From: Reyranella massiliensis 521
GTDB taxonomy: Bacteria > Pseudomonadota > Alphaproteobacteria > Reyranellales > Reyranellaceae
Direction of reading: 5' to 3'
Length of the DNA stretch: 24,000 nt
Assembly: GCA_943369775.1 (NCBI GenBank)
Contig: CALROF020000028.1
Location: 1 to 24,000, forward strand
The translations under genes and the position numbers were made by a program. This document shows positions 7,580-16,140 of this stretch, one piece after another. Each line of letters starts with the position of its first letter. Within the stretch, counting starts at the first letter, position 1. The notes below the pieces were generated by a model. That model did no database searches, was not told where the DNA came from, and was given only the letters and a program-made list of their open reading frames with translations.

Positions 7580-9739
7580 TTGGCGATAGAACACACGACA
7601 GCAATCTTCGTGGCCGAGCTGATCCTACTATTATTCTTCGGGCGTCTAATCGGCGAAGGCATGACCCGGATCGGTCAGCCCGCCATCTTCGGGCAGCTCC
7701 TCGCGGGTGTGCTGCTCGGCCCTTCGGTGTTCGGCGCCCTGATGCCGGAAGTACGCCATGTCATCTTCCCCAACACGCCTGCTTTGAAAAGCATGATCGA
7801 TGCCGTATCGCAGATCGGCATTCTGCTTCTGCTGCTGCTGACCGGCATGGAAACCAACCTGGCGCTGGTGAATCGCAAGCGACGCGCGGTGATATCGACG
7901 TCGTTGATGGGTATCGCGGTCCCCTTTGTTTGCGGCGCGGCACTGGCCTATGCGCTGCCGGTCGAGCTGATTCCCAACCCCGCAGCGCGGCTCGTCACGG
8001 CGCTCTTCCTCGGCACGGCACTGTCGATCTCCTCGGTGAAGATCGTCGCCATGGTCCTGATGGAGATCGGTGCCATACGGCGCGACCTCGGCCAGCTCAT
8101 CCTCGCCACGGCCATTCTCGACGACACGCTGGCCTGGGTGATCATCGCCGTCATCTCGGGCATCGCCGCCTCCGGTGCCGTGCACCTGGCCGACGTTGGA
8201 TTGAGCCTGGCCCTGACCGCCCTCTTCCTGGCCGCCTGCCTGACGGTCGGGCGACAGGCCGTCGCCTACGTCATCCTGTGGTGCAACGACAATCTCCGGA
8301 TCGAAATGCCGGTCATCAGCGCCATTCTGGTGATCACGCTGTCCATGGCCCTGACGACCGACCTGATCGGCGTGCATACGGCACTCGGTGCCTTCATGGC
8401 CGGCATGCTGATCGGCCAATCGCCGATCCTGACGGAGCATATCGAGGGTGAGCTGCGCGGCTTCATCATCGCCTTCTTCAGCCCGGTATTCTTCGCTGTC
8501 GCCGGTCTCGGCATGGATTTGCGCACCCTGCTCGATCCGACCTTGCTGCTGTTCACCCTGGCCATCATTGCCGTGGCGAGTATCGGCAAGTTCCTGGGCG
8601 CCCTGGCCGGCGGCAAGCTGGGTGGCCTGACCGGCCTCGAATCGTTGGCGCTGGCCACCGGCCTCAACGCCCGCGGCTCGACCGAGGTCATCATTGCGAC
8701 CATCGGCCTGTCGATGGGCGTGCTCAGCAACCAGCTCTACACGATGATCGTCGCCATGGCCGTGGTCACGACCATGATCATGCCGCCAACTTTGCGTTGG
8801 GTGATGGCCCGCGTGCCGCTACGCGACGAAGAGGCGAAGCGTCTCGACAAGGAAGACGCCGAGGAGAACCAGGCCGTCCCGAAGATGGAACGCACCCTGG
8901 TCCTGGCCGACGACAGCGCCAACGGTCAGTGGACGACGACACTGGCCGGCGTCTTCGCCGGCCGGCAGCGGGTTCTGACGACGGTGCTGGAGCCGCCGCG
9001 TGTGGATGCAGCCGCAACGACACCCCCGGCTAAAGACCGGCTGATAACCGCGATACGCTCAGCCCTGGAAAATGGTCGGCCCGCCGCACCTCCGGACGCA
9101 CCTGCTGCGCCGAAACTGTCCGCCGAGCAGTTCGTCCAGACGCGTGCGCTCACGGCCGAAGATGGTCTCGAAAAGGAAGTCGCCAAGGGCTATAGCATCG
9201 CCTTCGTCGGCATCGAGGAGCCGATCTCTTCTCAGGCGCCGAAGTTCCAGGATCAGCTTCAGCGGCTGGTATCCACTTTCGACGGACCGACGGCGATTCT
9301 GGTGAACGGCAACCGGGCCTTCTCGAATGTCGGCAAGCCTCTCGACATTCTGGTGCCCACAGGTGGCAGCCCGGAGGCTCGGCTTGCCACCGAGGTCGCG
9401 TTGACGCTCGCCGGTGGCAGTCAGGGCACGCTGACCGTGCTGCACGTCTTCGATCCGAATGACGACACGATGCTGTTGCGCGGTCGTGCCCGGCGGTTGG
9501 GACTTTCCCTGCTGGTGGACGCGCGGCGCCTGGGCAAACGCAACGGCGTCCCCGTCAAGGGACTGACCGAGACGAACAGCCAGCCCGATGCCGAGATACG
9601 CCGGGCGGCACGCCGGGGACGCCACGACCTCGTCGTCCTCGGCACCTCCCTGCGAACGGGCAACACAAGATTCCTGAGTGCCCGCAGCGTCGCTTTGATC
9701 GAGGCCTTGCGCAGCCCCGTCCTGCTCATCGCACGCTAA
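7580..9739 (+). CDS. CPA2-family cation:proton antiporter (Kef/NapA-like) with a C-terminal cytoplasmic USP-like tail
   Basis: Track ORF 7523..9739. Membrane domain with GQPAIFGQLLAGVLLGPSVFG and about 12 hydrophobic segments up to about aa 440, then a soluble tail ending in USP-like strands (ILVPTGGSPEA...LTVLHV...HDLVVLGTS...SPVLLIAR). Start preferred at TTG 7580 (AGGGGG 6 nt upstream); GTG 7523 is the alternative. Confidence 0.85.
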   Translation: MAIEHTTAIFVAELILLLFFGRLIGEGMTRIGQPAIFGQLLAGVLLGPSVFGALMPEVRHVIFPNTPALKSMIDAVSQIGILLLLLLTGMETNLALVNRKRRAVISTSLMGIAVPFVCGAALAYALPVELIPNPAARLVTALFLGTALSISSVKIVAMVLMEIGAIRRDLGQLILATAILDDTLAWVIIAVISGIAASGAVHLADVGLSLALTALFLAACLTVGRQAVAYVILWCNDNLRIEMPVISAILVITLSMALTTDLIGVHTALGAFMAGMLIGQSPILTEHIEGELRGFIIAFFSPVFFAVAGLGMDLRTLLDPTLLLFTLAIIAVASIGKFLGALAGGKLGGLTGLESLALATGLNARGSTEVIIATIGLSMGVLSNQLYTMIVAMAVVTTMIMPPTLRWVMARVPLRDEEAKRLDKEDAEENQAVPKMERTLVLADDSANGQWTTTLAGVFAGRQRVLTTVLEPPRVDAAATTPPAKDRLITAIRSALENGRPAAPPDAPAAPKLSAEQFVQTRALTAEDGLEKEVAKGYSIAFVGIEEPISSQAPKFQDQLQRLVSTFDGPTAILVNGNRAFSNVGKPLDILVPTGGSPEARLATEVALTLAGGSQGTLTVLHVFDPNDDTMLLRGRARRLGLSLLVDARRLGKRNGVPVKGLTETNSQPDAEIRRAARRGRHDLVVLGTSLRTGNTRFLSARSVALIEALRSPVLLIAR

Positions 9740-9742
9740 CGA

Positions 9743-10951
9743 TCACATCGCGCGAGGCGGCACGCCGGCAGGCTGACCGAGGCCTGGCGGCACCTTGTGC
9801 CAGGCGCGGCCCGACAGGATCTGGTCTCGACCGTACGCGAAGAGCGCCTGCATATAGGCCTGATCGAACTCGCCCTTCTTAGGATATGTGAAGTCCGAAC
9901 TCATATAAGCCAGGTTGTAGTCGACGCCGTCGCGCTTCGTGACGAAGTAGGTGCGGATCACGTCGTTGTAGCCGCTCGCGGCCAGCATTGTGTTGATGGC
10001 ACGGCCGGCGATAGTGATGGTGCGGCGTTCGGCCATGGCGTAGTCGGGATCGAGCCGGGCGTTGCGAATGATGTAGGCATGCCGCTCGCGCTTCAGCCCC
10101 GAGCCGGCAACGTCGATGGACGGCGGATAGAGGAAGAGTTGTGCGATGGCACCGCCATCGACATGCATCTCCTGGTATTTCTTGCCGTCGATCTCGACGT
10201 CGATCAGCACCGGCTCGAAGGCGCCGGGAATTGCCGCCGAGGCGCGCAGGATCTTGCGTACGAGATCGAGCGCCCCTGGATGGCCGCTGGCGGCAATAGC
10301 GCCGATGTTCCAGATAACCGGACGCTGCGCATCGAGATCGGTCGTGCCGATCATCAACAACCGGCCCTTGCGATACTCGGCCGCGATGGCATCGAGAAGC
10401 GGCTGGTTGGCATACTTGGCGATGACGCCGGCCAGCGGCGAGGTGTCGGCCATGGCGTCGTTGAACAGGGCTGCCGTCAGGCCACGGGCGACATAGACCT
10501 TGTCCGGCGTCATGGTCGTGTAGACTTCGCGCAGTTGCGTGTCATAGGCCGATCCGAGAAACGCAAACGGGGCGATCAGCGCACCGGTGCTGACGCCGGT
10601 CACCATCTTGAACTCCGGTCTGGTTCCAAGTTCCGTCCAACCGTTGATCAGGCCGGCACCGAAGGCGCCGTTGTCACCACCGCCGGAGACGGCCAGGAAG
10701 TATGCTGGCGGCAAGGGCCTTATCGGCTTGCCCTCGGCCTGCAACGTCGCGACCTCCCGCCTAACGGCGTCCATGCCTTCTTCGATCATCGGCTTGGGAT
10801 CACCATCGGCGAAGAAGCGCACATTCGGAAGGCCGAGCGGCTGGGCCCGTGTGGTGTCGACACGAGGTACGGCCGGCTCGCGCGGTGGAATCGAGCAACC
10901 GGCGACGAGGAGGCCGGCCATAACGGCCAATTGCGACAGATAGCGCATCAT
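9743..10951 (-). CDS. Patatin-like phospholipase, predicted lipoprotein
   Basis: 402-aa ORF. Lipobox LLVAGC at the N-terminus. Oxyanion motif SGGGDNGAFGAG, nucleophile elbow GVSTG (GxSxG) and catalytic Asp motif VDGG. Confidence 0.85.
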   Translation of the reverse strand: MMRYLSQLAVMAGLLVAGCSIPPREPAVPRVDTTRAQPLGLPNVRFFADGDPKPMIEEGMDAVRREVATLQAEGKPIRPLPPAYFLAVSGGGDNGAFGAGLINGWTELGTRPEFKMVTGVSTGALIAPFAFLGSAYDTQLREVYTTMTPDKVYVARGLTAALFNDAMADTSPLAGVIAKYANQPLLDAIAAEYRKGRLLMIGTTDLDAQRPVIWNIGAIAASGHPGALDLVRKILRASAAIPGAFEPVLIDVEIDGKKYQEMHVDGGAIAQLFLYPPSIDVAGSGLKRERHAYIIRNARLDPDYAMAERRTITIAGRAINTMLAASGYNDVIRTYFVTKRDGVDYNLAYMSSDFTYPKKGEFDQAYMQALFAYGRDQILSGRAWHKVPPGLGQPAGVPPRAM

Positions 10952-10969
10952 AGCTAGATCTCCGTGGAC

Positions 10970-11443
10970 TTACTTCGAGGGCTGCGAGCCGGGTTGATTG
11001 GAGCCGTACATGTAGCTTCGGATTTTCCAACTGCCCTGCTCGCGGCGAAAAACGACGAGTTCATCGAACGAATTGGTTGTCTCGGCACCTGACGACAGCA
11101 CCTTGACCTTGCCCTTCGAGGTCGATCGCAGCCAGGCGATGTCGCCCACTACCTCGGTTTCCTGGATCGAGAAGGCGAGGTCGACCTTGAGTGCGGCAAA
11201 GACCTCCTTGTAGGCGGCTCTCAGCGCGTCGCGACCGACGGCCGCCGGCATGTTCTCGCGCATGAAGACGCCATTGTTCGTGTAGAGCGCGACCAGCGCC
11301 TCCACATTGCCTGACCGCAGCGCAGCGGCGTAGCGATCCATAATCGACACGAGCTGCGCTGGATCGGCGGCTGGCTGCGCCCTGGCACCGGAGGCGATGG
11401 CGGCCAGCGCTGCGGCAGCGACGACGGCACGGCGGGATGACAT
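10970..11443 (-). CDS. Secreted SnoaL/NTF2-like (DUF4440-type) protein
   Basis: C-terminal 157 aa of track ORF 10970..11638. ATG 11441-11443 has GGAGA upstream. N-terminal signal MSSRRAVVAAAALAAIASGARAQ (possible twin-arginine signal). Body ...YAAALRSGNVEALVALYTNNGVFM...GRDALRAAY... is typical of the NTF2-like fold. The upstream extension overlaps the dsbB-family gene and was rejected. Confidence 0.8.
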   Translation of the reverse strand: MSSRRAVVAAAALAAIASGARAQPAADPAQLVSIMDRYAAALRSGNVEALVALYTNNGVFMRENMPAAVGRDALRAAYKEVFAALKVDLAFSIQETEVVGDIAWLRSTSKGKVKVLSSGAETTNSFDELVVFRREQGSWKIRSYMYGSNQPGSQPSK

Positions 11444-11468
11444 GACGTTGGTTCTCCGGGGCTGATAG

Positions 11469-12032
11469 TCAGAAGCGCAGATAGGTCGAGATCCAGTAGC
11501 TCGTCGGGCTGTCCGGACACTCGATCGGACCACACAGGGCGAAGCTGCTGACGGCATTCGCCAGCGCCATTGCGATGAGGAAATAGGCGGCGAATCGACG
11601 GGTACCGCTAAAACGCAGATCAGCGTGATGACCGTCACGATCGTGATCCGGCCGGCCTCCCAGGATCATCAGCAAGGCGATCCCGGCAATGACGGCCACG
11701 AACAGCAGAAAGCCCCATGTGTAGAGGTGCAGGCCGAGAACTGGCGAACCATAGGTGCCACTGCCAGGAACAATGTGCAGCAGCACCTGACGGCCGGACA
11801 CGGCCGCCCCGAACAGGGCGGCCAGCAACGAGAGCCCATAATGCAAGGGCTGAACGCCGAACCGCAGGTTGAGGACGAAACCGAACCCGCACAGGACCCA
11901 GGCGACGCGCTGCAGGTTGCAGAGGGGACAGGGCAGCTCACCGAACCAGAATTGCAGGCCAAAGGCCGCGAGCAGTATGGCCGCGATGCCGATCGCGGCA
12001 GCTGCATTGCCCAGATACGCGATAGCGTTCAC
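11469..12032 (-). CDS. dsbB: Disulfide bond formation protein B (DsbB) family membrane protein, non-canonical cysteine layout
   Basis: 187-aa ORF with a GTG start. Hallmark GELPCPLCNLQR after the first hydrophobic segment. Five hydrophobic segments by eye. The only other clustered cysteines are CGPIEC at the extreme C-terminus. Confidence 0.8.
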   Translation of the reverse strand: MNAIAYLGNAAAAIGIAAILLAAFGLQFWFGELPCPLCNLQRVAWVLCGFGFVLNLRFGVQPLHYGLSLLAALFGAAVSGRQVLLHIVPGSGTYGSPVLGLHLYTWGFLLFVAVIAGIALLMILGGRPDHDRDGHHADLRFSGTRRFAAYFLIAMALANAVSSFALCGPIECPDSPTSYWISTYLRF

Positions 12033-12042
12033 TGCAACAGGC

Positions 12043-12198
12043 CTAGAACGCCAGAGCCAGGGGATCGGTCATGTGGTGGTTGAACCACAGCACGGCCGCG
12101 ACGGATGAAACGCCGAACAAGGCAATCGCCACGCTGCGATAGCCCGCGCATGCAGCCATCATCGAAACGCCTGCCAACAGGAAAATCAGACCGGCCAT
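12043..12198 (-). CDS. Small hypothetical membrane protein (51 aa, two hydrophobic segments)
   Basis: Last 51 codons of the otherwise implausible track ORF 12043..12882. ATG 12196-12198 is preceded by GGGGGAGAGG with a 4-nt spacer. Sequence MAGLIFLLAGVSMMAACAGYRSVAIALFGVSSVAAVLWFNHHMTDPLALAF. About 75% G/C at third codon positions, consistent with coding. TAG stop lies 10 nt before the dsbB-family GTG. Confidence 0.5.
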   Translation of the reverse strand: MAGLIFLLAGVSMMAACAGYRSVAIALFGVSSVAAVLWFNHHMTDPLALAF

Positions 12199-12250
12199 GA
12201 CGCCTCTCCCCCGCCGCATGGTAGGGCCGGGAGCGGCCAACGCCAACAGA

Positions 12251-13279
12251 TCAGCGCTCGAACAGGTCTCGCCAGCAGCGGGCCGCGCCGAGTGTCTCGG
12301 CATTGTAAACACCGCGTGCCACGGCGCGGGCGAGACAGTCGGCGGCCAACGTGCCGAGTTCGGCCAGGGCCAGCGCATCGTCGCCAAGATCATGCCGGCC
12401 GGTCGCGATGGCAAAGACCGTGTCGCCATCCTGCGGCGTATGTACGGGGCGGATGGCGCGGACCAGCCCGTCCTGCGCCATGACCGCCAGCCGCTTGGCC
12501 GACGCCTTGTCCAGCCGCGCATTGGTCGCGACCACGGCGATGGTCGTATTGGCGCGGGGATCGCGGCGGGCAACGTCGGCGGCATCGTGGGTAAGATCGG
12601 CACGGTCGTGCGGCACCGCCAGACCGAGGCCGCGCGCCGGCGGCGGCAGGCCGCCGAATTCCTTACCCTGCTCCAATGGCCAGGCCCAGAACTGTGCCAT
12701 GTCCCCCATGGTCGTGTAGCCGCGGGCATTGACGGCAACGAGCGCGCCGACCTGGAGGCCGCTCGCCGGATCGACCGCCGAGGCGCTGCCGAGGCCGCCC
12801 TTGAGATTGCCAGCCTTGGCGCCCAGCCCGGCGCCGGCATTGCCGAGCGCGAAGTCCCGCGTCGCCCGGCCGGTCGCGTCATAGGCGAGATCGCGGTAGG
12901 GCGGCCAGTCCCACTGCTTGTCGCCGCCGTTCAACAGATCGAACAGGATCGCCGTCGGCACGATCGGCACCACGACATCGGCGACGGCGAGCCCGCGGCC
13001 GCGCTCGCGCAGCCAGCGCATCACGCCGTCGGCCGAGGAGAGCCCATAGGCCGAGCCGCCGGAGAGGCAGATCGCATCGACCCGGTCGACCCTGCATGAG
13101 GGATCGAGCAAATCGGTTTCGCGTGTGCCCGGCGCCCCGCCCCGCACATCGACCGACGCCATCGCCGGCGTCTCGCAAACAACGACGCTGACGCCGGAGC
13201 GCAGCCGCTGATCCTCGGCGTTGCCGACCAGGATGCCGTCGACGTCGGTGATCAGATTGCGGGGGCCGTGGCGCAGCAT
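12251..13279 (-). CDS. P1 family peptidase (DmpA/BapA-type, MEROPS S58 aminopeptidase)
   Basis: Track ORF 12251..13399. MLRHGPRNLITDVDGILVGN...SGVSVVV...VDVRGGAPGTRETDLL...AICLSGGSAYGL...NTTIAVVATNA... matches the DmpA/ornithine-acetyltransferase fold family. Start set to ATG 13277-13279, 4 nt after the upstream gene's stop. Confidence 0.85.
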   Translation of the reverse strand: MLRHGPRNLITDVDGILVGNAEDQRLRSGVSVVVCETPAMASVDVRGGAPGTRETDLLDPSCRVDRVDAICLSGGSAYGLSSADGVMRWLRERGRGLAVADVVVPIVPTAILFDLLNGGDKQWDWPPYRDLAYDATGRATRDFALGNAGAGLGAKAGNLKGGLGSASAVDPASGLQVGALVAVNARGYTTMGDMAQFWAWPLEQGKEFGGLPPPARGLGLAVPHDRADLTHDAADVARRDPRANTTIAVVATNARLDKASAKRLAVMAQDGLVRAIRPVHTPQDGDTVFAIATGRHDLGDDALALAELGTLAADCLARAVARGVYNAETLGAARCWRDLFER

Positions 13280-13283
13280 GGGA

Positions 13284-14465
13284 TCAATCGAGCTGCAGGA
13301 CCATCGCCTTGAGATAAGCGGTCTCGGGCAGGCCGGGATGCACCGGATGATCGAGCGCCGCGCCCGTGCTGCGCAGGATGCGGCCGGTGCGCTCGGCATC
13401 GCGCAGGCCGCGGCGCACCTGTTCGGCGAACAGCGGCGGATCGACGAGATGCGAGCAGGAGGCCACGAAGAAGAAGCCGCCCTTGGTGACCAGCGGTGCC
13501 GCCAGCCTCACCAGCTTGCGATAGCCCTGTGCGCCGATCTTGAGATCCTTGCGGCTCTTCACGAAGGCCGGCGGATCGCAGATCACGACATCGAAGCCGC
13601 GGCTCTTCTGCTTCTCTAGCGCCTCGAAGGCTTCCGCCTTCTCGAAGCTCACGATCTTGTCGACGCCATTCAGCGTCGCCGCTTGTTGGGCTGCGTCGAG
13701 CGCAGGCTGTGAGCGATCGAGGCAGATTACCGACTTGGCGCCTTGGTGTGCCGCCAACACGCCGAAGCCGCCGGAATAGCTGTAGACATCGAGGACGCGC
13801 GCATCCTTGGCGAGGCCCGCCATGAAACGCCTGTTGTCGCGTTGATCGTAGAACCAGCCAGTCTTCTGGCCGCCGGACAGGTCGGCGACGAAACGCGCAT
13901 CGTTCTCGATGAGCTCGACGCTCCCCGCCTCACCTTTCGCTGCCACGACCTCGCGCTTCAGGCCTTCGAGCTCGCGCACCGGCGAGTCGTTCTTGAGCAC
14001 GATGGTCTTGGGCGAGAATTCGGCCTCGAGCGCTTCGAGCAGGATCGGTGCCAGCGCCTCCATGCCGGCGCTGTTCACCTGCACGACGAAGGCATCGCCG
14101 AAGCGGTCGACGATCAGGCCAGGCAAGCCATCGGCCTCGGCATGGATCAGGCGATAGTAGGGAACACCCACCAGCCGATCGCGCAGCGCCGCGGCCTGCG
14201 CCAGCCGGCGTCCGATGAAAAGTGCATCGACCGTGGCTTCGGGGTTGGAGCTGAGCACCCGGGCAGCGATCAGCGAATGTGGATTGAAGGTGACGAGCCC
14301 CAGCGCCTCGCCGCCCGGCGCGCGCAAGGTGGCAAGCGAGCCCGGCGGCAGGGCCTTGGTCTCGGCGTCCATGAAGATTTCGTTGGAGAAGGCCCAGGGA
14401 TGGCCGGCGCGGACGCGACGATCCTCGCCGGACCGCAGCAGTACGGTAGGGAGCTTCTTGGCCAC
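13284..14465 (-). CDS. rlmI: Class I SAM-dependent 23S rRNA (cytosine-C5) methyltransferase, RlmI-like
   Basis: Track ORF 13284..14753. Collinear with E. coli RlmI: GHPWAFSNEI, YRLIHAEADGLPGLIVDRFGD, KTGWFYDQRDNR, VLDVYSYSGGFG, FDVVICDPPAF, ASCSH, DHPV. Start set to GTG 14463-14465 (GGAGAA 8 nt upstream), giving 393 aa and removing the overlap with ggt. Confidence 0.82.
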   Translation of the reverse strand: MAKKLPTVLLRSGEDRRVRAGHPWAFSNEIFMDAETKALPPGSLATLRAPGGEALGLVTFNPHSLIAARVLSSNPEATVDALFIGRRLAQAAALRDRLVGVPYYRLIHAEADGLPGLIVDRFGDAFVVQVNSAGMEALAPILLEALEAEFSPKTIVLKNDSPVRELEGLKREVVAAKGEAGSVELIENDARFVADLSGGQKTGWFYDQRDNRRFMAGLAKDARVLDVYSYSGGFGVLAAHQGAKSVICLDRSQPALDAAQQAATLNGVDKIVSFEKAEAFEALEKQKSRGFDVVICDPPAFVKSRKDLKIGAQGYRKLVRLAAPLVTKGGFFFVASCSHLVDPPLFAEQVRRGLRDAERTGRILRSTGAALDHPVHPGLPETAYLKAMVLQLD

Positions 14466-14481
14466 TTTGATTGTTCTCCGC

Positions 14482-16140
14482 CTATTCGCCTTTAGCGACG
14501 CCATCGCGCCGCGGGTCCGCGGCCCCTTCCCAGCCCTCCGCCGTCCGGCGGATGGCGGAGAGTCCACCTTCGTGAGGGCGGACTTGTACTTCATGGCCCA
14601 GCGCGCGCAAGGCGTCGGCCTGGGCCGCCGCGGCGGTCCCCTCCTCCAGCTCGGTGGCGCCGTTGAGGTTGAGCACCCGCGGCAGGGCCAGGGCGGCCTG
14701 TGGCGACAGGCTCCAGTCGAGCAATCCGACCGTGGCCTGCAAAGTGTCACCAATGATGCGCGAACCGCCGGCCGAGCCGAGGGCCGCCACCAGCTTGCCG
14801 TCGCGGTCGAGTACGAAGGTCGGCGACATCGACGAGCGCGGCCGCTTGCCAGGCTGGACGCGGTTGGCGACCGGCTTGCCGTTCAACTCGGGCCGCGGCG
14901 AGAAATCGGTAAGTTCGTTGTTCAGCAGGACGCCACGCACCATGATCTGCGCCCCGAACGGCGCCTCGATGGTGGTCGTGAAGCTGACGGCATTGCCCCA
15001 GCGATCGACGATGCTGATATGGCTGGTGCCGCGCTCGACATAGCCGGGCGGCACACCGGGAGCGACCTTGCCCATGCTGCGGTCGGGCGACATCAGCTTG
15101 CGGCGTTCGGCGAGATAGGCCGACGACAGCATGCCGGCTACCGGCACATCGACGAAGGCCGGATCCCCGACATAGCGATCGCGATCGGCGAAGGCGAGCC
15201 GGCTCGCTTCGGCAATGAGATGGATCGGGCGCAGGTCGGTCGGCTTGTCGTGCCAGATCTCGAACGGTTGGAGCAGGCCCAGGATCTGCAGGATCGCGAT
15301 GCCGCCCGACGAGGGAGGCGGCATGCTGCAGATCGTCCAGATGCGATAGGGACCGCAAACCGCCTCGCGCTTGATCGGACGATAGTCCGCGAGATCGGCC
15401 GCAGAGAGCGTGCCGGGCCGGCGATGGCTCTGCACCCGCTCGACCATCTCGGCAGCCATCGCGCCCTGATAGAACGCACGCGGCCCCTGATCGGCGATCA
15501 GGCGCATCGTTTCGGCAAGCTCGGGATTGGCGATGCGCTCGCCGAGCTTCTTCGGCGATCCATCCGCGTTGTAGTAGAGGGCGCGAATCGCGGGCTCCTC
15601 GCGCAGCGACGGAATGCGGGCAAGCCAGGCGGCGAGCCTAGGTGGGATCGCAAACCCATCGCGCGCCACGGCAATCGCCGGCGCAAACAGGTCGGACCAC
15701 GCGAGCTTGCCACGCTCCTTATGGGCAAGCTCCAGCATCGCCAGCAGGCCGGGAACGCCCACCGAGATTCCCGAGGCGATGGCCTCGCGAAAGCCGAGCG
15801 GCTTGCCGTCGGCATCGAGGAACATCGACGGATTGGCACCTGCCGGCGCCGTCTCGCGGCCGTCGTAGACAGTTATGGCCTGCGTGCCGGCGTCGTAGTG
15901 CAGCAGGAAGCCGCCGCCGCCGATGCCCGACGCCTGCGGCTCGACGACACCCAGGACCATCTGAACGGCGATCGCCGCATCGACGGCAGAGCCGCCGCGC
16001 CGCAGCACGTCCAGCCCGGCCTCGACCGCCAGCGGATGAGCCGCCGCCACCATCGTCTGCGGTGCCGCCAAGCTTGCCGAGGCGCGGCAAGCCGCCAGCA
16101 GCAGAAGCAGGGCGGCGCCCAGCAGACGAGCGGTCTTCAC
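14482..16140 (-). CDS. ggt: Gamma-glutamyltransferase, secreted (possible lipoprotein)
   Basis: 552-aa ORF with a GTG start. Signal with LLAAC lipobox. GGT motifs HPLAVEAG..VLRRGGSAVDAA, SGIGGGGF, and the autoprocessing/nucleophile region ERGTSHISIVDRWGNAVSFTTTIE. Confidence 0.92.
   Translation of the reverse strand: MKTARLLGAALLLLLAACRASASLAAPQTMVAAAHPLAVEAGLDVLRRGGSAVDAAIAVQMVLGVVEPQASGIGGGGFLLHYDAGTQAITVYDGRETAPAGANPSMFLDADGKPLGFREAIASGISVGVPGLLAMLELAHKERGKLAWSDLFAPAIAVARDGFAIPPRLAAWLARIPSLREEPAIRALYYNADGSPKKLGERIANPELAETMRLIADQGPRAFYQGAMAAEMVERVQSHRRPGTLSAADLADYRPIKREAVCGPYRIWTICSMPPPSSGGIAILQILGLLQPFEIWHDKPTDLRPIHLIAEASRLAFADRDRYVGDPAFVDVPVAGMLSSAYLAERRKLMSPDRSMGKVAPGVPPGYVERGTSHISIVDRWGNAVSFTTTIEAPFGAQIMVRGVLLNNELTDFSPRPELNGKPVANRVQPGKRPRSSMSPTFVLDRDGKLVAALGSAGGSRIIGDTLQATVGLLDWSLSPQAALALPRVLNLNGATELEEGTAAAAQADALRALGHEVQVRPHEGGLSAIRRTAEGWEGAADPRRDGVAKGE

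Noticed and set aside
9743-10951. Patatin-like phospholipase as a possible defence effector (CBASS CapV-like)
   Set aside because: It carries a lipoprotein signal peptide and sits in a housekeeping-type array. There is no cyclase, nucleotidyltransferase, sensor or other defence-associated partner, and no sign of an island: no integrase, no tRNA, and no compositional shift visible by eye.
12199-12882. Upstream 228 codons of track ORF 12043..12882
   Set aside because: This part overlaps the DmpA-like peptidase in a different frame and has implausible composition. Only the last 51 codons, which have their own RBS and are hydrophobic, were kept as a candidate gene.
14466-14753. N-terminal extension of the rlmI-like ORF, and similar extensions at 11444..11638, 13280..13399, 18150..18302 and 5828..5881
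   Set aside because: These extensions overlap the upstream gene's 3' end or its terminator and lack RBS support. Internal starts with a Shine-Dalgarno sequence give lengths that match the known families.
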